NCBI RefSeq assembly: GCF_014280175.1 | Contig: NZ_CP047931.1 | Location: 30,001 to 62,000, forward strand | DNA length: 32,000 nt | Source of the DNA: Synechococcus sp. A15-28 | GTDB taxonomy: Bacteria > Cyanobacteriota > Cyanobacteriia > PCC-6307 > Cyanobiaceae | Reading direction: 5' to 3' | Shown: one piece after another, positions 16,025 to 25,058 of the stretch | How positions within the stretch are numbered: position 1 is the first letter of the stretch | How the letters are laid out: each line of letters begins with the position of its first letter | Program-made: the position numbers and the translations under genes | The notes under the pieces: model-generated | What the model was told of the DNA's origin: nothing | The model's database searches: none | The model's input: the letters and a program-made list of their open reading frames with translations, nothing else

Positions 16025-16387
16025 ATGGCCGCAGAATCCGGCTCGGACAATCCCTTGGACCAACTGCGTCTGTCGTTGATGCAGGAGGTGCTGCCCGTTG
16101 GTCTGGCGGTGGTGGAGCGAGCCCGTCAGGGGGGACCATCCAAGGTGGTGGAAGCCTTCACCACGGGCTCCGCCGATCCGTTGGATGCCCTGCGCCAGGA
16201 GGGGGAACCGGCGGCCCGCAGTGTGCGCGAGCAGCTCGATGCCGTCAGCCCCGGTCTTGGCAATCCCGTCATGCCCGTGGCGGTGTCGGTGGAAGAACCA
16301 GAGGATGAGCGGGAGGAGCTGCTGGCCACTTTGCAGCGCATCGATCAGCGTCTGGCGGCCCTGAAGGCCCAGCTCAAGGCCGACTGA
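16025..16387 (+). CDS. Conserved hypothetical acidic protein
   Basis: 120 aa with a coiled-coil C-terminus (EELLATLQRIDQRLAALKAQLKAD). Its stop lies 3 nt before the mrdA start. Confidence 0.6.
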   Translation: MAAESGSDNPLDQLRLSLMQEVLPVGLAVVERARQGGPSKVVEAFTTGSADPLDALRQEGEPAARSVREQLDAVSPGLGNPVMPVAVSVEEPEDEREELLATLQRIDQRLAALKAQLKAD

Positions 16388-16390
16388 ACC

Positions 16391-18178
16391 GTGGCGGGAA
16401 CGATCCAGCAGCGGCAGACCGGTCTTCGTCAGCAACCGTTGGTCCTGCTGCTCGTGGTGCTCCTGTTCTGCGGCGTCATGGTGAGCCGCCTGGTGTGGAT
16501 GCAGCTGCTGGAGGGGGCTCGCTACCGGGAATTGGCTGATGAGAACCGCATCCGTCTGGTGCCGCGATCGCCGATACGTGGCCGGTTGCTCGATCGCAAG
16601 GGACGGGTGCTCGCCACCAGCAGACTGAGTTATTCGCTGTACCTCGAGCCACGGCTGGTGGGAAATGAGGACTGGCCGGACCTGCGGGATCGCCTGGCGC
16701 GGCTGCTGAACCTCGACCCGGTGCAGCTGGATCGGGAACGTCAGCGCGGACCGGGCCGCGACGGCTTCCGCACCACCCTGGCGCTGGATCTTCGCCCTGA
16801 GCAGGTGCTGCGCTTCCGCGAGCAGGCCCTTGGTCTCAAGGGGGCCCAGGTGGATGTGGACATCCTGCGCTTCTACCCCCACGGGACCCTGGCGGCCCAT
16901 GCCCTCGGCTACACCCAGCCGATCACGGAAGCGGAGTATGAAACCCTCTCCGAACGGGGGTACAGGATTCGCGATCGCATCGGTCGCACGGGGGTGGAAG
17001 CGGCCTATGAGTCCCATCTGCGCGGCAAGTGGGGTGGTCAGATGTTGGAGGTCAACGCGATGGGAGAGGTGCAGCGGAACCTCGGTGACCGTCCATCGGT
17101 GGCCGGGAAGGATCTCACGCTCACCTTGGATCTGGATCTGCAGCGGGCGGCGGAGACAGCTCTGGCGGACAAGCCGGGTGGGGCTGTGGTGGCCCTTGAT
17201 CCCAAGGACGGCGCCATCCTGGCGCTGGCGAGCAAACCGGGGTTTGACCCCAATTTCTTCTCCAAGCTGATCACCACCCAAAAGGAATACGACGCGCTCT
17301 TCTCCAATCCGAAGAAGCCGTTGCTGTCCCGGGCGATGAACCCCTACGACCCCGGCAGCACCTGGAAGCCGGTCACGGCGATGGCGGGGATGGAATCAGG
17401 CAAATTCCCGCCGGAGACCAAATTGCACACCACCGCCTGCATCACCTACGGCGGCCACTGTTTCCCCGATCACAACGGTGTGGGATTCGGGCACATCGGT
17501 TACGCCGATGCGCTGCGCCATTCCAGCAACACCTTCTTCTATCAAGTGGGAGTCGGGGCAGGGTCCAAGGCCCTAAAGCAGGCGGCGGATCAACTGGGGT
17601 TTCAACAGAAGACCGGCATTGAGATCGGTTGGGAGGAGAGCGTCGGGCTGGTGGGTGATGAGGCCTGGGCCGCGGCGGGTCGTGGCTGGGCGGAGCCGGG
17701 GACTGTTCCCTGGATTCCGGAGGACATGGCCAGCGCGTCCATCGGTCAGTCGGTGGTACAGATCACGCCGCTGCAGCTGGCCCGTGCCTACGCCGTGTTT
17801 GCCAACGGTGGTTGGTTGGTGACACCGCATCTGGCCCAGGGCACCACCGACTGGCTGGATGCCGATCACCGCCGCAAGGTGGCGATGAAGCCCTCCACCC
17901 TGGCCACGATCCGCGCCGGCTTGCGCAAGGTGGTGTCAGCGGGAACGGGGTTTGGACTCAACGGACCGGATATCCCTCCGGCGGCTGGCAAGACCGGCAC
18001 GGCGGAGGACAGCACCGGTGGGCCGGACCATGCCTGGTTCAGCTCCTATGCCCCGTACCCCAACGGGGAGATCGTTGTGGTGGCGTTCGCTCAAAACACC
18101 CCCGGCGGTGGATCGGTGCATGCCCTGCCGATGGCCAAGGCGGTGCTGGCGGAATGGAACAGAACCCGCCCGGACTGA
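16391..18178 (+). CDS. mrdA: Class B penicillin-binding protein 2 (elongation-type transpeptidase)
   Basis: N-terminal TM helix, the PBP2-type dimerisation motif ENRIRLVPRSPIRGRLLDRKG, and the transpeptidase motifs STWK (SxxK), SSN (SxN) and KTGT. Confidence 0.85.
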   Translation: MAGTIQQRQTGLRQQPLVLLLVVLLFCGVMVSRLVWMQLLEGARYRELADENRIRLVPRSPIRGRLLDRKGRVLATSRLSYSLYLEPRLVGNEDWPDLRDRLARLLNLDPVQLDRERQRGPGRDGFRTTLALDLRPEQVLRFREQALGLKGAQVDVDILRFYPHGTLAAHALGYTQPITEAEYETLSERGYRIRDRIGRTGVEAAYESHLRGKWGGQMLEVNAMGEVQRNLGDRPSVAGKDLTLTLDLDLQRAAETALADKPGGAVVALDPKDGAILALASKPGFDPNFFSKLITTQKEYDALFSNPKKPLLSRAMNPYDPGSTWKPVTAMAGMESGKFPPETKLHTTACITYGGHCFPDHNGVGFGHIGYADALRHSSNTFFYQVGVGAGSKALKQAADQLGFQQKTGIEIGWEESVGLVGDEAWAAAGRGWAEPGTVPWIPEDMASASIGQSVVQITPLQLARAYAVFANGGWLVTPHLAQGTTDWLDADHRRKVAMKPSTLATIRAGLRKVVSAGTGFGLNGPDIPPAAGKTGTAEDSTGGPDHAWFSSYAPYPNGEIVVVAFAQNTPGGGSVHALPMAKAVLAEWNRTRPD

Positions 18179-18181
18179 CGG

Positions 18182-19327
18182 TCAGGCGGCTGCGCTGAGC
18201 TCCCGTTCCAGGACCTGCCGGTAGTAGCCGCGAAGTTGCTCGGTGGCCCCGGCCCAGCCCCAGCGTTCCGCTTCCGAACGGGCGGCGCTGCGCAGACTCT
18301 GGCGCTCGGCGGCGTTGCCCAGCAAGCGTTGGGTGGCTTCGATCAGGCTGGCGGCACCGCCATCTCTGCCATCGGGTTCATAGAGGCAGCCATTGATGCC
18401 GTCGGTGATGATGTCTGGGATTCCCCCACGGTTGGCGCCCACCACAGGGCAGCCTGCGGCCATGGCCTCCAGCAGCACCAGGCCGAGGGTTTCCGTGCTG
18501 GAGGGGAAGAGGAAGGCATCACCGCTGGCGTAGGCACCGGCCAGTTCCTCGCCGGCCAGGTAACCCACAAAGGTGGTGGCGGTGCCCTCGAAATGTTTTT
18601 CCAGTTGCTGGCGATGCGGACCGTCGCCCACCAGGGCGAGCCGTGCATCGGGCAGGGCTTCCAGCACCGGCTTGATGCGCTCGATCTGTTTTTCAGCGGA
18701 GAGACGGCCGACGTAGAGCAGCAGGGCGCCGCGGTCGTCATGGTCCCCCAATAGCCGCTCCCGCATGGTGTCGGAGCGCAGCTCAGGGCGGAACAGCTCC
18801 GTGTCAACGCCCCGTTGCCAGAGGTCGGTGTTCTGAATGCCCTTGTCGCTTAGTTCCTGCACCATGGCGGTGGAGGTGCAGAGGTTGAGCAGCGCCTGGT
18901 TGTGGGCCGCTTTGAGCAACTCCCACAGCAGCGGTTCGAGCATGCCCATGCCGTAGTGCTCGAGGTACTTGGGCAAGTGCGTGTGGTAACTGGCGATCAG
19001 CGGAATCGACTTGTTCTTCGCCAGCCAGATGCCCCCCAGACCGAGTACGGCGGGGTTGACGACGTGGATCAGGTCCGGCTGAAAGCTGTCGATCGCGTCG
19101 GAGACGGCCGGGCGAGGTAAAGCGAGCTTCAGCTCCGGATAGAGGGGGAGGGGCATTGCAGGCACGCCGATCAGCCGGGCGCCCATGTACTCCTCCGGAC
19201 AACCCTCCGGACAGAAGACGATCACCTCATCACCAGCTTCCACCAGATGCCTCACGGTTTTGGTGAGGCGGGTGACGATGCCATCCACCTTCGGCAGGAA
19301 GGTTTCGGTGAAGAAGGCGATTTTCAC
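18182..19327 (-). CDS. sqdX: Sulfoquinovosyl-diacylglycerol synthase (GT4 glycosyltransferase SqdX)
   Basis: MKIAFFTETFLPKVDGIVTRL N-terminus and a GT4 C-terminal E-x7-E region. It lies immediately downstream of sqdB on the same strand. Confidence 0.85.
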   Translation of the reverse strand: MKIAFFTETFLPKVDGIVTRLTKTVRHLVEAGDEVIVFCPEGCPEEYMGARLIGVPAMPLPLYPELKLALPRPAVSDAIDSFQPDLIHVVNPAVLGLGGIWLAKNKSIPLIASYHTHLPKYLEHYGMGMLEPLLWELLKAAHNQALLNLCTSTAMVQELSDKGIQNTDLWQRGVDTELFRPELRSDTMRERLLGDHDDRGALLLYVGRLSAEKQIERIKPVLEALPDARLALVGDGPHRQQLEKHFEGTATTFVGYLAGEELAGAYASGDAFLFPSSTETLGLVLLEAMAAGCPVVGANRGGIPDIITDGINGCLYEPDGRDGGAASLIEATQRLLGNAAERQSLRSAARSEAERWGWAGATEQLRGYYRQVLERELSAAA

Positions 19328-19340
19328 GGGGTGAACCGGA

Positions 19341-20537
19341 TCAGGAGGCGGTACCGATGGCTTGCGCCTGGGTCTTGGTCCAGGCGGAGGTGCAGAGGAT
19401 GCGGTTGCGGTCGCAGCGGTCGGCGTAGCGGGTGGCGATTTCCACCACTTCCTTCAGCAGTCCGTCATCGAGGGTGGTGGGGTTGAGGCCGAGCTCGATG
19501 AAGCAGCGGTTGTCGACGATCAGATCGTTTTCGACGGCCTCGTTGCGGGGGTTGGGCAGGTTGTTCACCTGAGCACCGGTGAGAGCGGCCACCTTCTTGG
19601 CCAGTTCACCCACCTGATGGCTTTCCGTCATCTGGTTGAAGATTTTGACCCGTTCGCCCTGGGTGGGCGGGTTCTCCAGAGCCAGCTGGACGCAGCGCAC
19701 TGAGTCGCGGATGTGGATGAAGGCACGGGTCTGGCCACCGGTGCCATGCACGGTGAGCGGATAGCCGATGGCGGCCTGCATCAGGAAGCGGTTGAGCACC
19801 GTGCCGTAGTCACCGTCGTAATCGAAGCGGTTGGTCAGGCGCGGGTCGCGGTCGGTGGCGTCGGTGTTGGTGCCCCAGACGATGCCCTGGTGCAGATCCG
19901 TGATCCGGACCTTGTCGTTCTTGTTGTAGTAAAGGAAGAGCAGCTGATCCAGCGTCTTGGTCATGTGATAGACGCTGCCCGGACTGGCTGGATGGAGGAT
20001 CTCCTCCTCGAAGCGGCTGCCATCCGGCTGGGGCACCTCCACCTTGAGATAACCCTCGGGAATCGTGGCGCCGCGGTGGGAGCCGTAGCCATAGACGCCC
20101 ATGGTGCCCAGATGCACCACATGGATGTCCAAGCCGCTTTCCACGATGGCGGCCATCAGATTGTGGGTTCCGTTGACGTTGTTATCGACGGTGTAGCGCT
20201 TGGTGGCGCTGCTCTTCATCGAATAGGGAGCAGCACGCTGTTCGGCGAAATGAACGACCGAATCCGGCTTCTCCTCAAGCAGGAGATCCAGCAGCCGCTG
20301 ATATTCGTGAGCGATATCCATGTGCAGGAAGCGCATCGGCTTGCCGCCGATCTCTTCCCAGGCCTTGAGGCGCTCGCCGATGCTGACGATCGGCGTCAGC
20401 GACTCCACCTCCAAGTCGATGTCGATCTTGCGGCGACTGAGGTTGTCAACGATCAGCACCTCATGGCCCTGATCCGCCAGGTTCACCGCACAGGGCCAGC
20501 CGCAGAAGCCGTCACCGCCGAGAACGAGAACTTTCAC
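19341..20537 (-). CDS. sqdB: UDP-sulfoquinovose synthase
   Basis: MKVLVLGGDGFCGWPCAVNLADQGHEVLIVDNLSRRKID is the characteristic SqdB/SQD1 N-terminus, in a 398-aa extended SDR. Confidence 0.92.
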   Translation of the reverse strand: MKVLVLGGDGFCGWPCAVNLADQGHEVLIVDNLSRRKIDIDLEVESLTPIVSIGERLKAWEEIGGKPMRFLHMDIAHEYQRLLDLLLEEKPDSVVHFAEQRAAPYSMKSSATKRYTVDNNVNGTHNLMAAIVESGLDIHVVHLGTMGVYGYGSHRGATIPEGYLKVEVPQPDGSRFEEEILHPASPGSVYHMTKTLDQLLFLYYNKNDKVRITDLHQGIVWGTNTDATDRDPRLTNRFDYDGDYGTVLNRFLMQAAIGYPLTVHGTGGQTRAFIHIRDSVRCVQLALENPPTQGERVKIFNQMTESHQVGELAKKVAALTGAQVNNLPNPRNEAVENDLIVDNRCFIELGLNPTTLDDGLLKEVVEIATRYADRCDRNRILCTSAWTKTQAQAIGTAS

Positions 20538-20610
20538 CCCAAACTCCTGCTGGAAAGAGCGGAACGCTCATTCCGGGAAAGCTACTACAGGGATTTTCGT
20601 GGGCCCTGGT

Positions 20611-20784
20611 TCAGCTGATGGCAGCGGTCACCGCCATCAGGCCCGCCACGAGCACAATTCCACCGAGCATCATCATCAAGGAGCTGCGGCCGCGGCTGCG
20701 GCTGGTCTCCAGGTCCATCACCTCCATGCGGGGTTCCTTGGCGAAGGCGTTGAGGCGTCCGCCGTCTTCCGTGGTGACCTGCAT
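20611..20784 (-). CDS. Small one-helix protein, ssl1498/Psb34-like light-harvesting-like family (tentative)
   Basis: Not in the ORF track (57 aa). Minus-strand ATG 20784 to TGA 20611 encodes MQVTTEDGGRLNAFAKEPRMEVMDLETSRSRGRSSLMMMLGGIVLVAGLMAVTAAIS. The TEDGGRLNxFAxEP N-terminus plus a single C-terminal helix is how I remember the ssl1498/Psb34 family. Confidence 0.6.
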   Translation of the reverse strand: MQVTTEDGGRLNAFAKEPRMEVMDLETSRSRGRSSLMMMLGGIVLVAGLMAVTAAIS

Positions 20785-20861
20785 GAGCCAGATGCGACTG
20801 GATGGACGTTATGAGTCCAATTGCTTATCGACCGTCAATGTGTCGCAGGCTTCATTTCACT

Positions 20862-21719
20862 TCATCTCTCTTCACTGAATCCGCCGGTCACAAGGCCGGC
20901 CTTGGGGGAGCTGGCGGAGGCCTCGTCGCGGCGGGGCAGGCGGCCAGAGCGATAGGCCGTGCGTCCTGCGATCACGGCCTGGCCCATGGCCTCGGCCATG
21001 GCGGCAGGGTCGCCAGCCATGGCGATGGCGCTGTTCACCAGCACGGCGTCGGCGCCCATCTCAAGGGCCTGCGCTGCCTCGCTGGGCACACCGATGCCGG
21101 CGTCCACCACCACGGGAACTGTGGCGTTCTCCACGATCAAAGCGATGTTGGCGGCGTTGTTCAGCCCCTGACCTGAGCCGATGGGCGAGCCGAGGGGCAT
21201 CACCGTCGCGCAGCCAGCGTCTTCCAGGTGTTTTGCCAGCAACGGATCGGCGTTGATGTATGGCAGCACGGTGAAGCCCTCCTTCACCAGTTGTTTGGCC
21301 GCCTGCAGGGTGCCGATCGGATCCGGCAGCAGATGCCGGCTGTCGGGGATCACCTCCAGCTTCACAAAGGTGTTGTCCTCCTGGCCGGCCAGCTTCGCCA
21401 GTTCACGGCCAAGCCTGGCCACCCGCACCGCCTCTTCGGCGTTGGTGCAGCCCGCGGTGTTGGGAAGCATCCAGATGCGTGTCCAGTCGATGGCCTCCAT
21501 CAATCCAGCGTGGCCGGCCGCCACGGCCTGCACACGGCGCACGGCGACGGTGACCATGTCGCAGCCCGATCGTTCGATGCTGTGTTGCATCACTTCCATG
21601 GAGGGGTATTTGCCGGTGCCCGTGAACAGACGGCTGTGAAAACGGCGTCCTCCGATGATCAAGTCATCTGCTTGGGCCGGGGAGCTGGGTGGCTTGGGAA
21701 CCATGACGCGTCTGAGCAA
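20862..21719 (-). CDS. thiG: Thiazole synthase
   Basis: [25 protein letters not shown] and [13 protein letters not shown] are ThiG motifs. The N-terminal ~20 aa may be over-extended. Confidence 0.9.
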   Translation of the reverse strand: MLRRVMVPKPPSSPAQADDLIIGGRRFHSRLFTGTGKYPSMEVMQHSIERSGCDMVTVAVRRVQAVAAGHAGLMEAIDWTRIWMLPNTAGCTNAEEAVRVARLGRELAKLAGQEDNTFVKLEVIPDSRHLLPDPIGTLQAAKQLVKEGFTVLPYINADPLLAKHLEDAGCATVMPLGSPIGSGQGLNNAANIALIVENATVPVVVDAGIGVPSEAAQALEMGADAVLVNSAIAMAGDPAAMAEAMGQAVIAGRTAYRSGRLPRRDEASASSPKAGLVTGGFSEER

Positions 21720-21755
21720 AAGGGCCTACCGTGCCTCCATCATCCTTCGTGCTTC

Positions 21756-22307
21756 ATGCCTGTCCTGCTCGCCATGGATCTTCCGGTCGGCAGCCAGGTG
21801 CCGTTCCAGAGCAATCCTCAGCTGCCTCTGGACCCAATCCAGCTGGCGATTCCTCTGGAGATCGAGGGCGGCAAGGTTGAGAGTTTTGATCCCGTGGCGC
21901 GGGCCGCAGACCTGGCGTCCTCCCTCCCCCGCACCTGGTGCGGAACGTTCCAGCCTTTCGATGGCAATCCCACCGTGGATGTGACCCTTGAGCTGACGGC
22001 CATCACGGCGATGGGTCAGATGGTGGATTTACGCGGCAGCATGACCATGGGCTCGGTGACCACACCAGTCCAGGGCAACCTTCACGCCAAATCAGACCAG
22101 CTGGATCTGATTCCCCTTGGCGATCCCTTGATCGCTGGTCTTGAACCCGGTGGTCTGTTTCTTGGTCTTCAGGGTTTCAGCCCTAAAGGCTGGCAGTCGC
22201 CTCGATTGATCAACAGCACCGATCCCAGCACCGGTGTCGGTGGCCGCCTTGCTTTGACCAGTAGCTGCCAGGCGGAGAGTGTTGTTCCTGTTCAGCCGCT
22301 CTGGTGA
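21756..22307 (+). CDS. Conserved hypothetical protein
   Basis: This is the downstream part of track ORF 21228-22307. The part upstream of 21720 is antisense to thiG and is discarded. ATG at 21756 (MPVLLAMDLPVG...) gives 183 aa. No family recognised. Confidence 0.5.
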   Translation: MPVLLAMDLPVGSQVPFQSNPQLPLDPIQLAIPLEIEGGKVESFDPVARAADLASSLPRTWCGTFQPFDGNPTVDVTLELTAITAMGQMVDLRGSMTMGSVTTPVQGNLHAKSDQLDLIPLGDPLIAGLEPGGLFLGLQGFSPKGWQSPRLINSTDPSTGVGGRLALTSSCQAESVVPVQPLW

Positions 22308-22319
22308 CCGTCGGGTCAA

Positions 22320-22835
22320 TCAGACTCTTTTTTCCAGCTTCTTGACGGCTCGTTTGGCCGTTGAATTGTTGGGTTCGATGGCCAATGTCTGCCGATAGAG
22401 CTTCAAAGCTTCTTCGGTGTTGAGCAGTTTGTCCTGGGCGTATCCCAGGTTGTTCAGGGCGACGGGGTAATCCGGCTTCGCTTTCAAAGCGAGCTTGTAA
22501 TGCTTGCTGGCACCCTCGTAATCCTTCTGGGCAGCCAGTGCAAAACCGAGGGCGTTTTCGATCACAGCCCGTGCCTCGTCCGGCTCATCCCCCAGACGCT
22601 TCAGGGCCTGCTTGAGCGTTGCGGTGGCCTGGGGGAACAACCGCTTGCGCAGCTGTACGGAGCCGAGTTCATAGAGATCCGCGGCCTGGCGGGATTTGGC
22701 CGTGCCGGATTGTTCCAGCTGCTGCAGCCGTGTTTCGTCGCGACGAACGCGCAAGAGTTGGCGAGCTACCACGACAGCAGCGATGGCCAGGAGGCCCACC
22801 AGGCCCAGCAGGTAGGTCTGGGGCAGCAGATTCAC
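22320..22835 (-). CDS. Membrane-anchored TPR-repeat protein, Ycf37-like (photosystem I assembly-related family, tentative)
   Basis: 171 aa with an N-terminal TM helix (LLGLVGLLAIAAVVVARQ) and about three TPR units (ALGFALAAQKDYEGASKHYKLALKAKPDYPVALNNLGYA...). Size and architecture match Ycf37. Confidence 0.6.
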   Translation of the reverse strand: MNLLPQTYLLGLVGLLAIAAVVVARQLLRVRRDETRLQQLEQSGTAKSRQAADLYELGSVQLRKRLFPQATATLKQALKRLGDEPDEARAVIENALGFALAAQKDYEGASKHYKLALKAKPDYPVALNNLGYAQDKLLNTEEALKLYRQTLAIEPNNSTAKRAVKKLEKRV

Positions 22836-22844
22836 AGCGGCAGA

Positions 22845-23192
22845 TCAGCCTTTGGCGGTGGAGACCACGTTGCTGAAGCTGCCGGGATCCACCACAGCGA
22901 GCTGGGCCAGCATCTTGCGATTCAGGCGAACATCGGCCTTCTTGAGGCCACCCATCAGACGGCTGTAGCTCACACCGTTGATGCGGGCTGCGGCGTTGAT
23001 GCGGGCAATCCAGAGGCGACGGAAATCGCGCTTGCGACGACGACGGTCGCGATAGGCGTTGCACAACGCCTTCATCACCCGCTGGTTGGCGGTGCGGAAC
23101 TGAGTGCCATTGCCACCGCGGAAGCCACGGGCCAGCCGCAGGATTTTGTTGCGGCGCTTACGGGCGACGTTGCCTCTCTTGACGCGAGCCAT
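22845..23192 (-). CDS. rplT: 50S ribosomal protein L20
   Basis: [26 protein letters not shown] is the canonical L20 N-terminus. Confidence 0.95.
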   Translation of the reverse strand: MARVKRGNVARKRRNKILRLARGFRGGNGTQFRTANQRVMKALCNAYRDRRRRKRDFRRLWIARINAAARINGVSYSRLMGGLKKADVRLNRKMLAQLAVVDPGSFSNVVSTAKG

Positions 23193-23232
23193 GACGTTGG
23201 AAGGGTGGGATCAGATCGGGATGGAAGGGCGC

Positions 23233-23430
23233 TCAGGAGTAAGGAAGCATGCGCACCACGCGCAGCTCGTCGGTCTCGTGAACCACTGCCTTGGTGGCGA
23301 GGTGACGCTTCTGCTTGGGGGTCTTGTGGTCCAGCAGATGGTTGCGGAACGCACGGCGACGGGTGAATTTGCCGGTGCCTGTTGCCTTGAACCGCTTGGC
23401 GGCAGCTTTGCGGGTCTTCAGCTTGGGCAT
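23233..23430 (-). CDS. rpmI: 50S ribosomal protein L35
   Basis: [33 protein letters not shown] is canonical L35. ATG at 23430 gives 65 aa. The 175-aa track ORF is an upstream over-extension. Confidence 0.93.
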   Translation of the reverse strand: MPKLKTRKAAAKRFKATGTGKFTRRRAFRNHLLDHKTPKQKRHLATKAVVHETDELRVVRMLPYS

Positions 23431-23487
23431 TGCTCTGCTCGTCCGGGCACAAACGACAAGAATACGCCCTGATGTGCCCCTCTCGTC

Positions 23488-25035
23488 ATGATCCGGATGC
23501 TGGCCCTGTCGGTGCTGCTGTGGGTGGCGTCGGGCTGTCGCGCTCAGGACAGCCCGCCTCCCCTTGCATCCGAGCGTTCTGAGAGTATCCAAGAGATGCT
23601 CACCCATCCTTCGGTGGCGCCGCCGCCGGCCGTGACGGGGCAGCAACCGGTGCTGTGGGTGTCGCTGGGGGCTCACCTGGGCGGACGCGGTGAAGCGTCG
23701 CCACTCACGTTGACGGCAGCGTCCGGCAACCTCAGCCTGAAGGATCGTTCCGGGCGGCAATGGTCGGCAGCGTCTATGCAGATCAGCTGGCGGTCTGTGC
23801 CGTTGGTGACGCCGCTGGCGTTGGCTCGCCAGGTGGCTGGTCCCTTCGCCAGCTTCGAATCAGCGGAGCGGGTGGCGTTGCGTTGGCGGGCCCTCGGCGT
23901 CGCCGCCGAAGTGGCTCATCCGGCTGATTGGGAGGTCTGGGCGCCGGCGGGGGCTGCGGTTCCGGTGGATCTCACGGTGCGGGACTGGACGACCCGATGG
24001 GACAGCAGCGTGGAGCCGCTGCTGCAGCTGCCGGATGGGGGGCAGACCCTGAAGGGCCCCCTGGAGATCGATGCGCCCGGAGGATTGCAATGGGAAAAAG
24101 GGGTGTTTCAGGGCCCGTTCCGTTTGCAGCGGGATGCCTACGGCAGCTGGACCCTCGTGGAACAGGTGCCCTTGGAGCGTTATCTCGAGGGCGTGGTGCC
24201 CCATGAGATCGGTGCGGGTTCTCCGTCGGCGGCATTGGAGGCCCAGACGGTGCTGGCGCGCACCTGGGCCCTGGCCAACAGTCACCGTTTCCGGATTGAC
24301 GGTTACCACCTCTGCAGCGACACCCAGTGCCAGGTGTACAGCGATCCGCGTCAGGCGGGATCAGCTGTGCGGCAGGCGATTGCGGCAACCCAGGGGCGAC
24401 TGCTCAGCTGGCAGGGAAAGCCGATCAGCGCTGTGTATCACGCCAGTAATGGTGGTGTGATGGCTGCAGGACCTGAGGCCTGGGCGATGGATGCTCAGCC
24501 TTACCTGAGGGCGGAGGCGGATGGTGATGCCGTCTGGCGGCAGCGCCACGGTTTGCCCTTGGATCAGCGCTCTGCGGTGGCCAGCCTGCTGGCGCAACGG
24601 GAGGGGGCCTACGGCAGTGCCCATCCACGTTTTCGTTGGACGCGAACGTTGACGGCAAGCGGAATCCGCCAGGCCCTCGGTGCATCTGCTGACGGATTGA
24701 AGGGCCCATTGCAGTTGGACGTTCTGGAGCGGGGCCGCAGTGGTCGGGTGCTGGCCCTGCAGCTGTCCGGAACGGAGGGTGGCGCCCCGGTGGTGTTGAA
24801 GCTCGACCGTATCCGCCGCACGATTCGGCGCTTGCCCAGCACCCTGTTCGTGATCGAACCTCAGGGGGATCAGCGCTGGATGGTGCGTGGTGGTGGCTTC
24901 GGCCACGGCGCCGGGTTGTCCCAGGCTGGTGCGATTGATCTGGCCTGGCGGGGTTGGTCCACTGAGCGGATCCTGGCCCACTACTACCCAGGGACTGTCT
25001 ATGGCCCGCTGCTTCCACCGCTGGAGTCCCCTTAG
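23488..25035 (+). CDS. SpoIID/LytB domain protein (amidase-enhancer / lytic transglycosylase-like cell-wall protein)
   Basis: N-terminal signal/lipobox-like LWVASGC. SpoIID motifs are [43 protein letters not shown] and [11 protein letters not shown]. Confidence 0.85.
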   Translation: MIRMLALSVLLWVASGCRAQDSPPPLASERSESIQEMLTHPSVAPPPAVTGQQPVLWVSLGAHLGGRGEASPLTLTAASGNLSLKDRSGRQWSAASMQISWRSVPLVTPLALARQVAGPFASFESAERVALRWRALGVAAEVAHPADWEVWAPAGAAVPVDLTVRDWTTRWDSSVEPLLQLPDGGQTLKGPLEIDAPGGLQWEKGVFQGPFRLQRDAYGSWTLVEQVPLERYLEGVVPHEIGAGSPSAALEAQTVLARTWALANSHRFRIDGYHLCSDTQCQVYSDPRQAGSAVRQAIAATQGRLLSWQGKPISAVYHASNGGVMAAGPEAWAMDAQPYLRAEADGDAVWRQRHGLPLDQRSAVASLLAQREGAYGSAHPRFRWTRTLTASGIRQALGASADGLKGPLQLDVLERGRSGRVLALQLSGTEGGAPVVLKLDRIRRTIRRLPSTLFVIEPQGDQRWMVRGGGFGHGAGLSQAGAIDLAWRGWSTERILAHYYPGTVYGPLLPPLESP

Positions 25036-25058
25036 AGTCCTGCCACCTAAGTGGTTGC

